Shown piece after piece: positions 34,812 through 50,300 of a stretch of 64,000 nucleotides of DNA (the first letter of the stretch is position 1; the number at the start of each line of letters is the position of its first letter). A program made the position numbers and the translations under genes. Source of the stretch: Spongospora subterranea f. sp. subterranea (lineage: Eukaryota); contig JAUGWO010000105.1 in NCBI GenBank assembly GCA_049724395.1, forward strand, positions 1 to 64,000. Reading direction: 5' to 3'. The notes below the pieces were generated by a model, which saw only the letters and a list, made by a program, of their open reading frames with translations, was not told where the DNA came from and did no database searches.

Positions 34812-36845
34812 ATTATTTACCCATTAAAATACATCTATTGTAATCTATCATCGTCGCCCCGTCTCCACCAACAGACCTCAATCGACCTCGAAACAATAGG
34901 GGGGTTCGCCCAAAATCGGCCAGCCCTTGGCACATCGTGGGCGATTGTCAAAATAACAACGAGCCGATGGTCAATAGTGAACATCATCGGATACTTTCGT
35001 GGACTTCCCCCCGTCAACGTTAACGGCGGGTTATCGATCCCGTCGTGTTTACCGGCCCCGATGTTTCAGGATCAAACAGCCACCAGCACACCTCGCCCCG
35101 ATCCGGTGTGATCTTCATTGTTGCGTTTCAACAACTGGTCGCGTGTTGACGAGCTATTCAAACGGGGCCGATGAACATCATCTAGTGCATCAGCGATGGC
35201 GGTGGGTTGTGATTTATGCACCCGAGACTGATTACAGAATGCCCCAGACGAAACGGTTTGTTTCCGTCTGTCATCACTGTCTGATCTTCAAAACTGCAGT
35301 ATTTTCTGGCACGGACCGGTTGTGGACAGAGCAACGATAATGTGGCCTTTAACCGTCCAGACGACCTTTTCAACGACAAGAGCTGACGCCTCGTTCCCGC
35401 TCTCCGCGATTCAGTTCAATTCTTCCTGTACGTTGTTGCGGCGAGGGCGATGACCACCGTCAACGTAAGGGTGAAGTATCGTATTTTGGGGTAATTTTGT
35501 TGGCGAAGTTTCAAAGGCGCTTCCTCATTCCGTCGCCAGAACAATCATTAGCAATAGTGACGCTGATCAGCACCACGACGGGCTTTGCCCAACAATCAAC
35601 TGTGCATCACATAAACGTCGTGTTAGCTGAGCTAGACCGTCGTGAACCTGAGCCAACGCCAATCAGCACGCGAAAGACTGGACACACCTAAATGGGCTCT
35701 AGTTGCTCAGTGCAACTTCAGTTTTCGCTCATTCTGTCTTGTTCCAGAAACTCATATTGGTCAATAATCAACTTTGGACATTCGAAATCAAGATCTGAAA
35801 CTGCAATTGCTTTGTTTGCAGTTTAATACTCCCTCTGTCCCATACGCCATTTTTTGCGGGATTAACGGCATTTTATTACAAAAACTGTTTATTTTCTGTA
35901 CAAACGTAGCTTTACGCGTGCTTATTATGTTGATGCAAGTTGTTCGCCGAAAATGAAAAAGATGGTATCGCCAAGTAAGTAAATGCTGATATGGAGTTGA
36001 CGCCGCCAATGATATGGGGTGATGATATTGCACCAAAACATAACGACACATTGACGGAATGAAGTTTCCCTTCTTTTGGATGAATAAAATCACTGTATGT
36101 AGTGTATCTATGGTATGCGACAATTAATTCGGGACAAACAAAAAGTGCGTATGCGACAGTTATTATGGGACAGAGGGAGTAACAAAACTTGCCCAATGAA
36201 ATACCTGCGACAATGGATCAATTGTCGATCCCCAAGCAATTCAACGAAACGCCGCAATGGCGTAAATTCCCTGGGCGGATTGAATCGTAGGTGGTACTGT
36301 TGTCGCAACACTGCATCGCAACCCAGTCAGGAGTCAGGAGTGACTGGGGGGAGGAGGCCGCGACTGGATGACCAACAGACGGGCGGTGATTTGTGGAGTT
36401 GGGTTCCACATTCATTGCGATTATAGAGGTCGGTACAGTTCCAGGATCATTGGTTACTTTGGATTTGTGTGGTGTTGCCGACATCGGCCGGCTTGGCTCC
36501 GCTCACGCAGGCGACAACCAAGAGTTAGCTGCCCGGGTTGCCAACATACATATGTCCAAAGTAAACATGCTAATAGCTGTTCCCTTCCTACCTAATTCCT
36601 TTGAAAGCAACAGTCGAAGATTTTGCTTGTTGACGTTAGATTTCCTGGATTTTCACTAATCGAGCATTGCTAGAAATACATTCCTTTCAAAATTCTCGTG
36701 TGTGAATGACCTTTAAGTACATATGTTTTTACAATAAATCTATCGATATTATGAAATTTAGACAAATTCCCCCTCACAATTTGGAGAAAAAGTGTTGTAA
36801 CAGTTGTATTCATATAAGTTTTTGTAGACACAAAGTATTGTTAGC

Positions 36846-38455
36846 TTAGTTATCGCTTTTGCCATTGAGTTGCCGTCCACGAGCAACGTATCGACCACGA
36901 GCTGAACCACGCCCCCCACCTCGATTGCCCCGAACCGCTTGTTGATGACGAGGTTTACATGGCGTAACAGATACTTCAACGCCTCCCACGGAAACCCGTT
37001 CGGCTGCGAGAGCAGCGGCAACGCTCTCTGGAGAATCGAAAGCAACATAGCTGTAAAGAATCAGGATTGATCGCGTTGCGATATACAGTTATTACCCAGA
37101 AGTTCGCTTTTGTAATAAGGTCACACGCATCACGTTACCAAAGCATTTGAACGAGTTGGCAATATCCGAATTTGTAACTGATTCAGGACAGTTCTGAATA
37201 AAAACCTGTAATGAAGGACTAAAGCAGCACAATAATCAGAGTTTTGTTGGGTTAAAAACGATGCAAACAGACTCGACGACATTCTGTCCGCGTTTAATTT
37301 CCCATGCATCATTGGTTTGACTTCTCGCAGGTTGACTGATTGGTGAGCTAGACGTGGCAACAAATGCAGTTGGAGCTTGGGCTGAAGTGTGGGGGATGCT
37401 GGTTGGCACAGTTGTTTTAGTGAACAACGACGCCCAAGATGTTGGTTTGACAGGACTTGGATATTGCTCAACTTTGGCAGCATAAGTAAGACGTCATAAA
37501 AATACTCAGACCAGCTTACCGGCAGGAGCAGGTGACGGCAACCGTTCAATTTCATATTCTTCCGCCGGCGTTTCAACAATGGGAGCATCCTGAAGTGATG
37601 TTTAACAGCCACGTACCAAAATCAAAGCATCAAAGACCGTTGTTTCTGATCGAGATTCATTATTGTCATCAGTGATGTTTGCATCAGAAAATTGATCCCC
37701 TGATCCACTAGATTCGCTATTTTCAGGCACCTGTACGTCTTCTAACTTTGAATCAGAAGTTTCTCTGGACGATGTGTCTTCGGAGAATGCCGCACCTGGC
37801 TGTGAACACTGTCAGCAAATAGGGACTGTCCTTTTTCAAACTATTTACTGCACGGGTGGCTCCGACCGAATGCGTGTCATTACGAGATTTGCCTAGATAT
37901 CTAAGAATGTCGTTTCGGACAAAATATCCACGCTCCTGGCGGGCAAGTAGCACGGACTGGCAAAACGGACGAGGTGGACATCCTGTGAGCAAGCATCAAC
38001 ATTTTGTTACAAATAATAAAAACTAAGTACCTTTGTTGCTGATGAGGCCCGTTATTTGGATCATAATCGACCCATCGACGGATTCTTGAAAATCGATTGT
38101 GTCTATCAAAGCCTTGCAATGTTGATAGTCTAATTCACGAATCTTATCATGGATGGCGATCTGGCCAAAAACAGTATGCCCAGAAGCCGCATCAAAAGAA
38201 AGGGCGGCACCTAAATTGGGTTTTCTAAACACATTTTCGTACAAAACAATGAAGTCAGGAAAAACCTTGCTCGAGCCTTGCAAAGCATGAATCATTGCTG
38301 TAGAATCGATGGATATATTGAGGTGCGCTTCCGAGGGTTTTGTAGTACTGCTCCACAAACGTAGATGCCACCAATGATGGTGCTGGTGGATCCGATGCCA
38401 TTGAAGACTTTTGTGACGTGGGAATTCTTTGCGCCCTTTGCTCCACGTCTAGCAT
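36846..38455 (-). CDS. G3BP/Rasputin-like protein (NTF2 + RRM + RGG), multi-exon
   Basis: VASTFVEQYYKTL..IHRFYS, IDFQES..IMIQITG and FCQSVLLA..YFVRNDILRY form the NTF2 domain. The last exon reads YVAFDSPESVAAAL..RGNRGGGRGSARGR..SDN*. Confidence 0.88.
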
Positions 38456-39392
38456 AACCCTATACCAGGCAAAAGCAATCAGATATTTCAATATCGCGAA
38501 AAAAAAAACAGTGGATAAATGGCAGAATGCATTGTTGTTGGGCAGAGGACGCGGTTGGGCCGTCATTTAGCATTTGAAAGCGAAAACTCTGATGTAACGT
38601 ACCTGCTCGGTGTAGGGTACCGGAATCAGATTCGGCGATCGCTATTACGAATGAGGACCAAAAGAGGTGGTGATGGCCGGATCGGTCACGGATATCAGCC
38701 AAGTGGTCCGAACCAGGAAATGGGGGTAGGTATGCTCCACGGTCCACGGATTGCGTGTTTCGACAGACTTTCGCCACACGTCAGCATATTTGCAGGTTGT
38801 GTCTTGTGTCTCTACCCAACCAAGAAAACTGTAGCAAACTGGACAGGTTGACCGAGTTCTGTCGGTCGGTCTGGAACCGACCGCTACCAACGATAGAATC
38901 TCGGTCGTGAACCAATGCAATGCAGTAACCGCTTTATGTAGCCTCTATGTGCAATCAAAAAAGGTTGGATTAATTTCCAGGCAATCAGCCAGGATCACCC
39001 CGTCGATGGAACTCAATATCGATCGTAATCAATGAAGAACGGGTATATGAAACTTCAGTCATGGAATGCGGAATGCGCACGCTAACGATACCAGTGCTGC
39101 ATTTCACTGTTTCGTCAGTCAGTAACACTATCAATCAACACTTGGTAACATGGAGTCAGAAACAACAGGGCCAATGTGATAATAGCTATTACGATACCGT
39201 GGATAATTACGACTGTATCAACATCAATAGAAAGGGATTCCGTTTCATTTTTCAAATCGATCGCTGATCACTATTACATTGAAGTTCGCGACGACCAATA
39301 TCCTCGGTCTGAGATCGTCTATTCAAGATCGAAAGCGACCTTGACGTGACTCTCTCAAGGGTGGTAAATAAATAATGTATGGATGGTGAACA

Positions 39393-41141
39393 CTACTGTG
39401 CCACTGTGATCTCATCATCTTCGTAGAACACTGGCTTCCTCTGCTCCTTTTCCTTTGTTTTCCTCCGAGCATCTTTGACCAGGCAGTAGACAAACCCTAA
39501 AATCGTGATGAGCATCGGTACTGTGGTTAGATACATAATATTTTCAGGGTTTTGTTTATATCTGTCAAACAATCATCAGATGCAATACTCTTAATCGATT
39601 GATCAACATTGGTTACGTGGCTTTTTCTAGTATTCCTCCCGTGTATATGATGTATCCATCTTTATCGACGGATTGATGATAAATCTTGGGTTTATATGTG
39701 AACTATACTCTATCGTCAAACACGTATGTTAACAGGAACTAATCATGAATACCTGGTAATCGAACATGATGAAGTCCACAAACACGGTCAAAATTACAAG
39801 AGAGTAGTTGTACCATTTCCCAGTAATGACTATTGTGTAATTCCTCAACGCAAGGTGCACTCTATGTGCGTTCAGCCCAACTAATCGGACTTGGTGTTCA
39901 GATGAAAACCGTGGGAATTCTTCATCTTGCATTATACATATCAACTCTAACGAGAACACGATTGACGCCAGTGTTGACCTAAATATCGTTGTGATATCTA
40001 CCAGCATGGTTTGAAAATAACGCACCTTCCAAATTCCGACATTACAGGGACTAGATCCGAATGGATCCATTCATGGTCTAATCGCTCAAACTCAATCACG
40101 AACACGTGAAGGATGAATAGAATAATGGACATCGTCCTGCTCAATTATGATTGGAGAACAATGACGGTTTCAGACTTCTTACCAGAATAGCAAGATTCTG
40201 AAAAAACCATGCCGCGCCCGATATACATTCTTTAGCACTACCCAGGTATTGGGATATGGATCACTTTCGAAGTGTGCCCCAATTATCGACAAAGCCTCTA
40301 CGGAACTGTCTGAAGGATTACGACGATCCTATCATGAGCAGTCAGCAATCAATCAAAAGATCGTCCGATGTTCTACCTGAAGAATATCATCAGACACCAT
40401 CACGAAAGTGAACACGTTGAACGTCAGCGATAATACGCTAAGAAATTCATGTAGCTCTGCGAAGGACCAGCCGATTCCATCGCCAATTTCAACTTGATCT
40501 TCTCCGCTACTAACGCAAAATTAAACAAAGAATCACATATCCATTGCGGTGACCAAATACATATGTCTATGAAACAGTGTCTGAACAATGTTGAACAGGA
40601 ATGCGCCAGTATATAATGACCATACACTCGATACGAGCATACAGAACCACGACCCTTTATCACGGTAGAACATTCGCCACCTTAATACATCGCCCGAGTT
40701 CATCACAAAGGCTGAGAAGTTGACCAGATGACGGCTTACCCGAATTTATCTCGAAATAAGTAGTCGTGAAGAATGTACTTGCCAAATAACATTCCAGTGA
40801 TTAGATATATAATTGCGAACATTGTCTTGAGAAATAACCCCCAGGCACTCAGGAAAGGATACATGTATATCAGGAACTTCAACGCAGGACCTGAACCGGG
40901 AGAATTGGTCAACAAACATAAGGAGATAGAAAACAAAAATAATGAAGTCAATCGTTAAACCACCTAATACTGGGACACGAGCTTCAGCGGGGGAATGACC
41001 GATCGGATCTTTCGAGAAGAGTACACAGTTCAAAATGGAAAAAGTGACGACATTTCCAATGCGGGTCATAGGATGACGAAACCAATACAGGAATCGTGAC
41101 CTAGTAGAAGGATCGCATGTATTTGCATCATGTGTGGTCAT
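39393..41141 (-). CDS. TMEM117-like multi-pass membrane protein, multi-exon
   Basis: FLYWFRHPMTRI..DPIGHSPAEARVPVLG, GMLFGKYILH and LASIVFSLELICIMQDEEFPRF..ITGKWYNY recall TMEM117 motifs (YYFQHPWSR, EDPVSHS, MQDWEFP, ITGKWFNY). Confidence 0.75.
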
Positions 41142-41330
41142 AATTCATAAAAAGATAATGTAGGGTTCCTGCCGTCAACAGGCAACGCCACTCTATTGAC
41201 TCAATCTTTCTTCACGCTCAAAATGGTTTTGAAAACCTAAATGTCTATCCACCAGATAAAGCATTAATATCAGCATTGTCATAGTGAGTAATGAAAAGTA
41301 GTACAACAATTTATCCATTATGTTAAGAAA

Positions 41331-44300
41331 TTATTCTTCATCATTAACATCAAACTCTCGTCGCTGAATCAAAGCTTCACCAAACGCTCCCGTAGCCGAT
41401 GAGTTAAGCGACCGACTGAGATTCAATATATCAGTCGATATTTGATTCGATTGCATATCACTGTGGCCATAATCCATATCTTCATCGGCATCATCTTCGT
41501 GAAGTTCTCTCTGAACTGCGACCTGATTATACAGCGGATTTACCGATTGGCGTTCTCGTGCCAAGTCTGTAAGGTGCTTTCCAGAAGTGCCTTTGCCGCC
41601 TATACCCCTATGATTGTTGTCAACGTCTTGAACGCGCTCAACATAAACTGGCTCGGGAACGGCTCTTCCCTTGCGACGAGGACAGAAGGTTTTCCTCAAG
41701 AAAAGAGCGGCTTGAGCAAAGAAAAATGCGATAAGCAGCAAAGTGCAGAATATCAACACAATTGAAACAACCCAGTTCATGGCATCATCGATTATGTCAG
41801 TAGAATAGAAAACTTGCGCGGCAAGCATGTACATGAAGATAGCAATCTGCACCAAAAGGTGAAGACGGTCATCGCCTTTACGCTGATAGGGGTTCAGCAT
41901 TAATAAAATCAGAGTATATATTGTAGTGATTGCCAAGCCTATTGAGATTTGATAACTGCGAAAGGCGCCACCGAAAAACGGCAACAAGGAAGTTAAGAAC
42001 AGTTTGTGGAGGTTGTCCACAATATCGAACCACCAAAATCTCGGCGAGAATGCATCATAGAGGAATCCAACTTGAGCCTTGATTCCGGGTTCACTTAGTC
42101 GCCCGCGTACACGATAGATTGACCAGATAAAGAACAATGGAACTCCGATGGGGTATATAAATATGAATATTGGACTGATATTTCTGAATGTGTACCAAGT
42201 TGAGGTATAGCATTGAGTTCGGACATCAGACAGAAGATAATCAACGTTGTTAACGCTGATGCAGTTGAAAAGACGAAGAATTATCGAAGACGTGCCAGGG
42301 TAGAATAAGAACAGTAAGAAAAGAACCATTCGCCAATATCGACGGCGTGTTCGCTTTTGAGCTGATGGGGTTGATGTGCGACAGTAGCGACGAGGGAGAA
42401 GATAACCAAAAGTTACCAGGGCGATTAGGCAGAACGGGGTAGCGCAGGCGCTAGCGAATGTTGAATAGAAATTGGTATCGAAGACGCAAGAGACCATCGT
42501 AATTCCCGATAGGTCAAAGTTGAATGGTGAAAACCAGGAAATGAAGAGCTTATATTGTGGAGGCCAGGGAACGTCTAATGTTGACGATAAGTTTGTAGTG
42601 ATCTGGAAAAATCCTAGTAAAATTTTCATTTTGAACATAAAATTTGGTTGAAGCGCTACTGCACCAACAAAATGGCGTGGGTTGATGTTCAGCAAACTCT
42701 TTTGCGGTAATTGCGAGGACATCTTTACGCTGGGTGAAGCGGAACTGATATCAGCAGCAGCAGCAGCTGTGGCTGCCTTGTCCATATGCATCAAGTCCGA
42801 CCCTGCTCTAACAATCAGGTATAGCTGCAACACGACCAAGGCACACACGAGAATTGTTAACAGAACAAAGCCAATGAAGGCCAGAGCAGCGGGCGGGCAT
42901 TTAGAGCAAACATTACCCCAGGTGTCATGGAAACCTCGTTTGCAAATTCCACAAAGTGGTCCCTCGCGCCCTTCAGGACAGGCTCCATTCAGAGACTCAA
43001 CCATAGGGCAATGAGAGGCAAACTGGCATCTGTAGAACTGCCCTTCCTGAGTTCGCCAATAACCATCTAAAGCGAAAAGCGTGGCGTTTGTTGTGCCAAA
43101 CGTCGAGCAGTCGGCACCAAATGGACAGGGAGTACACGGCTCCTCTGGTGGTGACCCGATTTGATAATAATATCCAGGATTACACTGAACGGAAAACAAA
43201 ACAATAAGAACCGGGATTGATATTAACATGACAAAACAATAAGAACCTTGCAAACCCGTTTAGTAGAGTCGGGACTTGATGTGCTGCTGCACGATAAACA
43301 TACTGGGCTGCCAACAGATGGAGCCACAAGATGTGGACCACATACGCTGCAATCAGCTGAACCGTTGTGGGATGAGGTTCCTATTGGGCAGAGGCTGCAT
43401 GAGGAACTGGCGGCAGACGAACGGCTTCCGGCCGGGCACAATAAACAACGGGATGAATTGGCCACCGGCTGATAAGAGCCCGATGGACAAGACATACAGC
43501 TCGAGGATGATGACGATTCAGCATATGAACCTGGCTGGCAGCCTTGGCACCTGACCGCTCCTGACGCATCAGAATAAAATCCTGGAGAGCACTTGGTACA
43601 GGTATCGGACCCAACTGTATCTGAGAATGTGCCTTTTGGGCACATCTCACAGAATGTGCCTCCGGCACTTGATGAGCGGGTTCCCACAGGACATGAAGTA
43701 CATCTGGAACTACCTTCAGCTGAACTCACTGTTCCAGCTGGACACAATAAACATGGCCCATCTTCAGTCTTATACTTCCCCATATCGCATGCCACACAAT
43801 TGTCGGATCCCGCGCGTAATGTGCTGTATCCTATTGGACAAGTGTTGCATGATGACGACGCCGAGCCGTTGGAAAAAGCGCCGATGGGACAGGGGGTGCA
43901 AATTGTGGCACCACCAGTTGAAAATGTGCCAATGCCACAAGGAACGCACGAAGACATTCCATCATCTTTCGCGAATGTTCCAGCTGGGCAATCGATACAC
44001 AACCCTTGTCCCGCCCTGTCTTGATATTGCCCGGCTCGACAGTTGCTGCATTGTTTGATTGAAGACACGTCCCCGTATTGACCGGGGGGACAATCAATAC
44101 AGGAAGTTGAGCCAGAGAGTAGCTGATACTGGCCTCTCAAGCATGGGATACACGATGTAGATTCCTCCTCTGACTGATAGGAACCTGGAGGACACAATGT
44201 GCAGTCGGACGAACCCTAGAATTTCATCAACAAATCCAATGGGTGCCAAAAATCGAGACCGACGTACAGTTGATGCAGAAAATCTGCCAGAGCTGCATGG

Positions 44301-47300
44301 AATACAATCTGAACTGCCGTTATTGATCTGGAATCGACCGGTTGGACATAGATCACATTCTGTTCTGGGCTCGTTGGCCTTGGGATGGGACATGGTACCG
44401 ATAGGACAGAACGAGCACGTTGTTGCCCCAAACACATTGGAAAATCTCCCGATCTGGCAGATCGGACACGACGATAGTCCAGGGGAGTCACCAAATCGTC
44501 CTGGTTGGCATAACGAACATGATGAGCTCCCAACCCCATCAGAATAGCTGCCCGCCTGGCATAAACTACACGGCCCTTGAGATCCTGAGTCGGACTCGAA
44601 TGTCTTCGCAGGACACAATTTGCAGCGGATCGAGCCAGGCTGGTCAGAATATGATCCAGGTTGGCACTGATCACAAGAAGTGGCCTGTTCTGTTGATTGG
44701 GAAGTGCCAGCAGGGCATGCCACACTACTATTGCTTCCAATTGTTGCGACAAATTTTCCAGGTTCGGCTGCTTTGCATTGTTTCGACCCGAAATCATCAC
44801 TGTATCTACCGATTGGACAGCTGGTGCAGCTAGAACTTGATTCCCCGGAAAACGTTCCTGGAGTACATCGCTGGCAAGATGATGTCGCGTTGCGCTCAGG
44901 CTGGAATTCTCCCGCGTTGCACGCAATACAGCTTGATTGTCCTGAATTTGGTTGAAATGTGCCAGGTTCACACGGGACTGCTGAAACTGCGCCTCGACTT
45001 GGGACGTAAAACCCAGGTAAAGCCGAGATACACGAACTCGGATTAGAACCATCGTCACGATATTTGCCCACATCACAATCTACACAGGAGCTGCTCTCAT
45101 TTCCGCCATTGCTTTTTCCAGCTGGACAACGTGTGCAGGACAACGCACCAGAACCGCTAAAAAATCCTGCAGTGCATTTCCCAGAGCAGGAACTGGCACC
45201 GGTTGCTGTGGAGAAGCTGCCAGATGAGCAAGGAAGACACGATGGTGACTCTGCTGCTGAACTATAGCTTCCTAAACAACAAGGTTTGGTCTGAGCCCTG
45301 GATAAGATAGATAATGAATGGTTTCTACCTGCTGGGCAGGCGATGCAAGAGGTTTGACCAGGGGCGCTCTGATATGACCCAGGTTTGCAAACAGTACAGG
45401 TAGCACTTCGAGTTTGGTTTGAATAACGACCCGGATCGCAATCCAGGCATGTCACTTGTTCAAGCGAGCTGGCGTATTTACCTGCGGGACACGCTTTGCA
45501 GCTGGTCTGCCCGCTTAAATCCTGATATGACCCGGCACTGCACAGGGTGCAGGAGGTATTAGATATAGAACCGAACCTGCCCAATGGACACTTAGTACAT
45601 GACGATTGCCCTGATTCGGCGAATTCCCTGAGCGAACGAGATTAAATTGGGTCACCTGTAAATATGCTCGATGAATTCGTACCCAGGGGGGCAAGATTCG
45701 CATGACGACGATCCTGTACGAGGCGCGCTGGTTCCTGGACCGCATGGAATACAGGTGGCTTTACCAGTCATTGACATAAAGGTGCCAGTTGGGCAAGGTG
45801 AACAGAAACGCTGCCCCGTTAAGCTTTGGTATTGTCCAATCGTACAGTTTGAACAGGAACTGGCTCCCGCATTCGGCGAAGCTGAACCCTGTGGGCAGTT
45901 TGTACATAACCTAGACCCGTCATTTGAGCTGAAAGTTCCAGCGGGACAAATGGTGCAGGAAGTCTGCCCCTCTGTTTGCGACGAGGAGCCTGCCTTGCAA
46001 GGATTACAAGTCGTTGCTCCTGCTTGATCTTGATATCTAAACGCGAAAAATACGGATCAATGCTGATACGACAAGAAAAACGTTGCGACTACCTTCCAGC
46101 AGGGCACAAGTCGCAGCTGGATTTTCCTGTGGATCCCGAGAACCTTCCAGCCGGACAGGCAGATAAACAAACGGCCGAGCCTGTATCCGGAGCATACTTT
46201 CCAATCGCACAATCCGAGCACTGACTTTGCTCAACCTTATCGGCAAACTTGCCGATTGGACATGCAATGCAGGCAGTAGAACCTGAAACATTCTGATAGG
46301 TACCGAGTGGACAACTTAGACATTCGGCTTGCCCCGATGTCGGACTGAGTTTGAACAAAAGGGTCAGGCGAAGGGTACATTCATATATTGTTTACAAATA
46401 GTTTACCTGAACATCCCTACTGGGCATTTATCACAGGAAACTGGGCCAATACCAAATTGTGGTTTACTACTGGCAAATCCTGGAGGGCACTTGGAACAGG
46501 TGGATTGCCCAGAGGTATTGGCGAAGAATCCAGGCGTGCACGAAGTACAGAACAATTGACCGAACTGGGATTGGGACATGCCCATGGGACATTTACTGCA
46601 AACCGACTGGCGAGTGTTCAGCTGGACCATCCCATCTGAGCATGAGGGACAGAATGAGGACCCAGTCAATGAAGAAGCAGTGCCGGCAGCACAATCAGAA
46701 CAGGATATGGACCCTAAGGCAGAACATGCAAACATGAGATGGTGCATGATGAGGAGCAACAAATAACGGACCGATTGTATTGGTGAATGTGCCCGAAGAG
46801 CAGTTAGAGCATGGAGTAATCTTCTTTGTCCCGCTATTGGAAGTACCGATCGCACATTTACTGCACTCCACCTGTCCCAGCCTATCAGCATAGCTCCCTT
46901 CAGGGCATGGAGTACAATCAGCTTGACGAGGAGAAGAGTTGGCGAACCCTATCAAGAAAATTGAAAGATATTCGATCATCGGTGACAGGAATGCTTACCT
47001 AATGGGCATGGAGAGCAAGACAATGCGCCATTAGTGGTACCTTGCTTGGCGTATTTCCCAATTGGGCATTCCAGGCAAGATGTTGCTGTTGAAATATTGG
47101 AAGCGGTCCCATCAGGGCAGAAGGAGCACGACAACGAACCAGGAATGGAAGAATACGAACCTGGACCGCAGGCCTGGCAGGCTATTTGCCGAGGGATATC
47201 GGCATATCCAGCAGCACAAACCTGGTACGACAGGAATAAAGAGTTGTAGCTAATCTGTCCACCGCCTTGCATAACTGAAACTGGAAGAAGAAGCCCAGAA

Positions 47301-50300
47301 TCCGACGGTGTATTGCAGCGGATACGACGATGAGCCGTTGAAAATGAAGCATCATGAATAACATTCGTGCATGCTTTTTCACCAATGAAAACGATGGCAT
47401 TGGAGGCGCCAAAATTGGAACCAGTTATGGTGATTTGAGAGGTCGATGATCGGGAACAGTTTGAGATTACGGTCGAAGGTGAGGATGATCCACATCCTTG
47501 TATTCCGGTCAAAATCGGCAAAGCGTACGACAGCAGATATGCACTACGGGAATAGGATTTGGCAGTGATGACAGTGATCGGCAGATTGGCGCCTACTCCA
47601 GCAGCAAGCATACACACTAACGAGCGAGGAACAGATATAGACACTATCTGGCATTGGCTTGGGCCAATGATAACCGATGTTGAGTTTGGGGTGAAAAAAT
47701 CACCAGTAATTGTGATGGGAATTGAGCCCTCGGTTGGACAATTGATGGTTGCGTTCTGAGAATCCTGACAACCGGAAACGGCATACACCTCTGCGGGACG
47801 AGGAAACGAGAAGGAATCAGTTCCGGCCTGAGACATCTGCCCACCAACGGAAACGAACATGTGCCAATCCGACCCTTGGCCTTTATCTACAAAACAAGCT
47901 ACACGTCCAGCAGATGGAAAAGAGACACCATTACAAGATATAGTGGGACCAGATGAGCCAGATGGGCCCAAGCCCACAGACACCTCCTCAACAAAACTGC
48001 CGAGATTGGCCACTCGGAAATCCACATACTGGTTGACAGATTTTGTGGCGGTCAGAGATGGACTTTCATTGTCGGTTGGAAACGACCTTAGACTAGACGG
48101 TTGAATAACTGGAGCAACGTAGGAGATGTTGGACGTGCTCAATAACGAGTTAAGAACGAAACTGGTCATGTTCCTGGAAACAGAAAGGAATAATCCCTTC
48201 CCAACCCCCATTGCTAAAGTGCACGTGATGACGGTGGCGTTGCTGGAGGTCGTCTGGCACTGATATTTGTTGGGATTGCTAGAGGGGCCGTAATTCACGA
48301 TATTATTTGTTGAAACTGAGTCGAAGCCCTGTCCAAAGATTGTGAGGTTGGTTCCCCCATTCACTGGAACCGACGAGCATGGCGAATTGCATGAAAACCT
48401 GGTGATGACAGGACCCGAAAACGACACCAATGCCTTAGGAATGCTGGACTGGCCGGCAACTGTCAATACAACCGGTAGATTTGCAAAATTTTGTTGAGAC
48501 CATGCAGCTAACGTGCATTGAGCATTTGTGTGGTTCTTATTGGAGATAGACGAACAGAATACTCCACCAACGCTGATCGTGGCTGTTGTCGTGCCAAAAT
48601 TGATGCCATGGATGTTCAGAACTATGGATTGACCAAATTGACAAGATTCCACTGACGTTCCAACAGTAGAACATCCTAATATGTTTGACACCGAGGTAAT
48701 AACTGGGGGATCAAATGGGAAAGTGAGAGAATTACTGCTTGTTTGGGTGGAAACCGATACGGAAACTACTGCAGATGATCCAGATCCACCTGGAACTGAG
48801 CAGACAATGCTTCCATCGCTTACACTGTTGATCGGAATGCATAAACTCGGGCCAACGTTGACAATGACGTTAGATGACAGCTGACCGAAATTGCTGCCAA
48901 AAATGGTGAGCAAATACCCCCCTTTGGTGGTATGAGGAACCATACCAGTCGTTAACGAGATCAGGGATGGAACTTGGTATGAAAAGGAGTTGAAAAGCGT
49001 GAATGTAGCATTGCTAACAGAAATTGAAACACCGAGATTACGACCAGTTCCTTGCGGAACAGCGCATCCGACTGACGAATGGGAATACGAGTTCAAGGAT
49101 TGACAGGCAACGCCTCCGACAGTAACATTTCCAATGGTTCCAAACGATGTCCCGGAGAGAGTGATAACGCCACCACCCAGCGCTGGGGCCGATGACGGAG
49201 AAATACTCGAGATGACAGGAGGCGCAAATGAAAATAATGAAGAAGGATTCAAGACCGAGACCAGACCATCAACTGCCACCGCAAAGTGAAGATTTGCTCC
49301 CATTCCGGGCTGTAACAGGCAAATCAGCTTGGTGTGAGGGACCTGAACCTGAGGTGATAAACAGGCATACACAACACCGTTCCCTGACAAGGTAATGGAC
49401 CTTGGAACGGCTGAATTGCCGAAGTTGTTCCCAGATATTGTGACGATAACATCTGCAGCTGACGAATCAGCGACCACGGGAACAACTGACGATATTGTCG
49501 GCGCGCTGTAATTTAAAAAGAGCTGATTTGCGCTGAGTTGCTGAGCAACTTCAACCGTCAACGCTTTCAACGACCCAGATCCTTCTCCGACAGTGCACGA
49601 TACACAAGTATAATTCAGATATTGCGGGTTAAAACACGCCAAACCAGCAATTCGGATCACAATCGAGTTTGCTATTCCGACACCGAAATTTGAACCTGAA
49701 ATGAAGACTGTCTTCCCGCCGGACGTGTCAAATAACGCAGGAGAGAACGAAGTCAACGTCGGTGGAAAATATTGAACCGTGATAGAATTGCTGGGAATAC
49801 CGGCCACTTCAACTCGAACAGCAGTGGAAGCTCCTTGACCATTAGGAGTTGAGCAAAGTATGTGGGTTTGATTGCGTTGTGAAATCGCACAGGGGCAGGA
49901 GGCTAACTGATTGCCAAGAACATCAGCACATTGGCTTCCAACGAAAACATTCACAGCACTCTCAACGGTTCCAAAATTATTCCCGATCAAAATAATTTGG
50001 TCTCCTCCTCGGGTCGATAACCCGGTTTGGCCGGACGGTAGTCGAACAGATGATAAAGAAGGACCACGATAACTGTAAGGGTATCCGGCACTCAAACCGG
50101 TCCCAACGCTGACAACAACCATGAAAGGCCCACCAACGCCGCTAGGGACAACGCAGGATAATGAGGTATGAGCTGAAACTTCTGTAATTGAACTGCAATT
50201 CACCGAATCTGACAATCGAAAAATGCGTCTTGATACAGATCCGGTGCCGAAATTGCTTCCCAATACAGTGATCCTTGTGGTGCCATTTGTTGCTGCGCCT

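Noticed and set aside
35000..36660. Protein-coding gene
   Set aside because: Only short ORFs with no recognisable motif and no consistent splice model.
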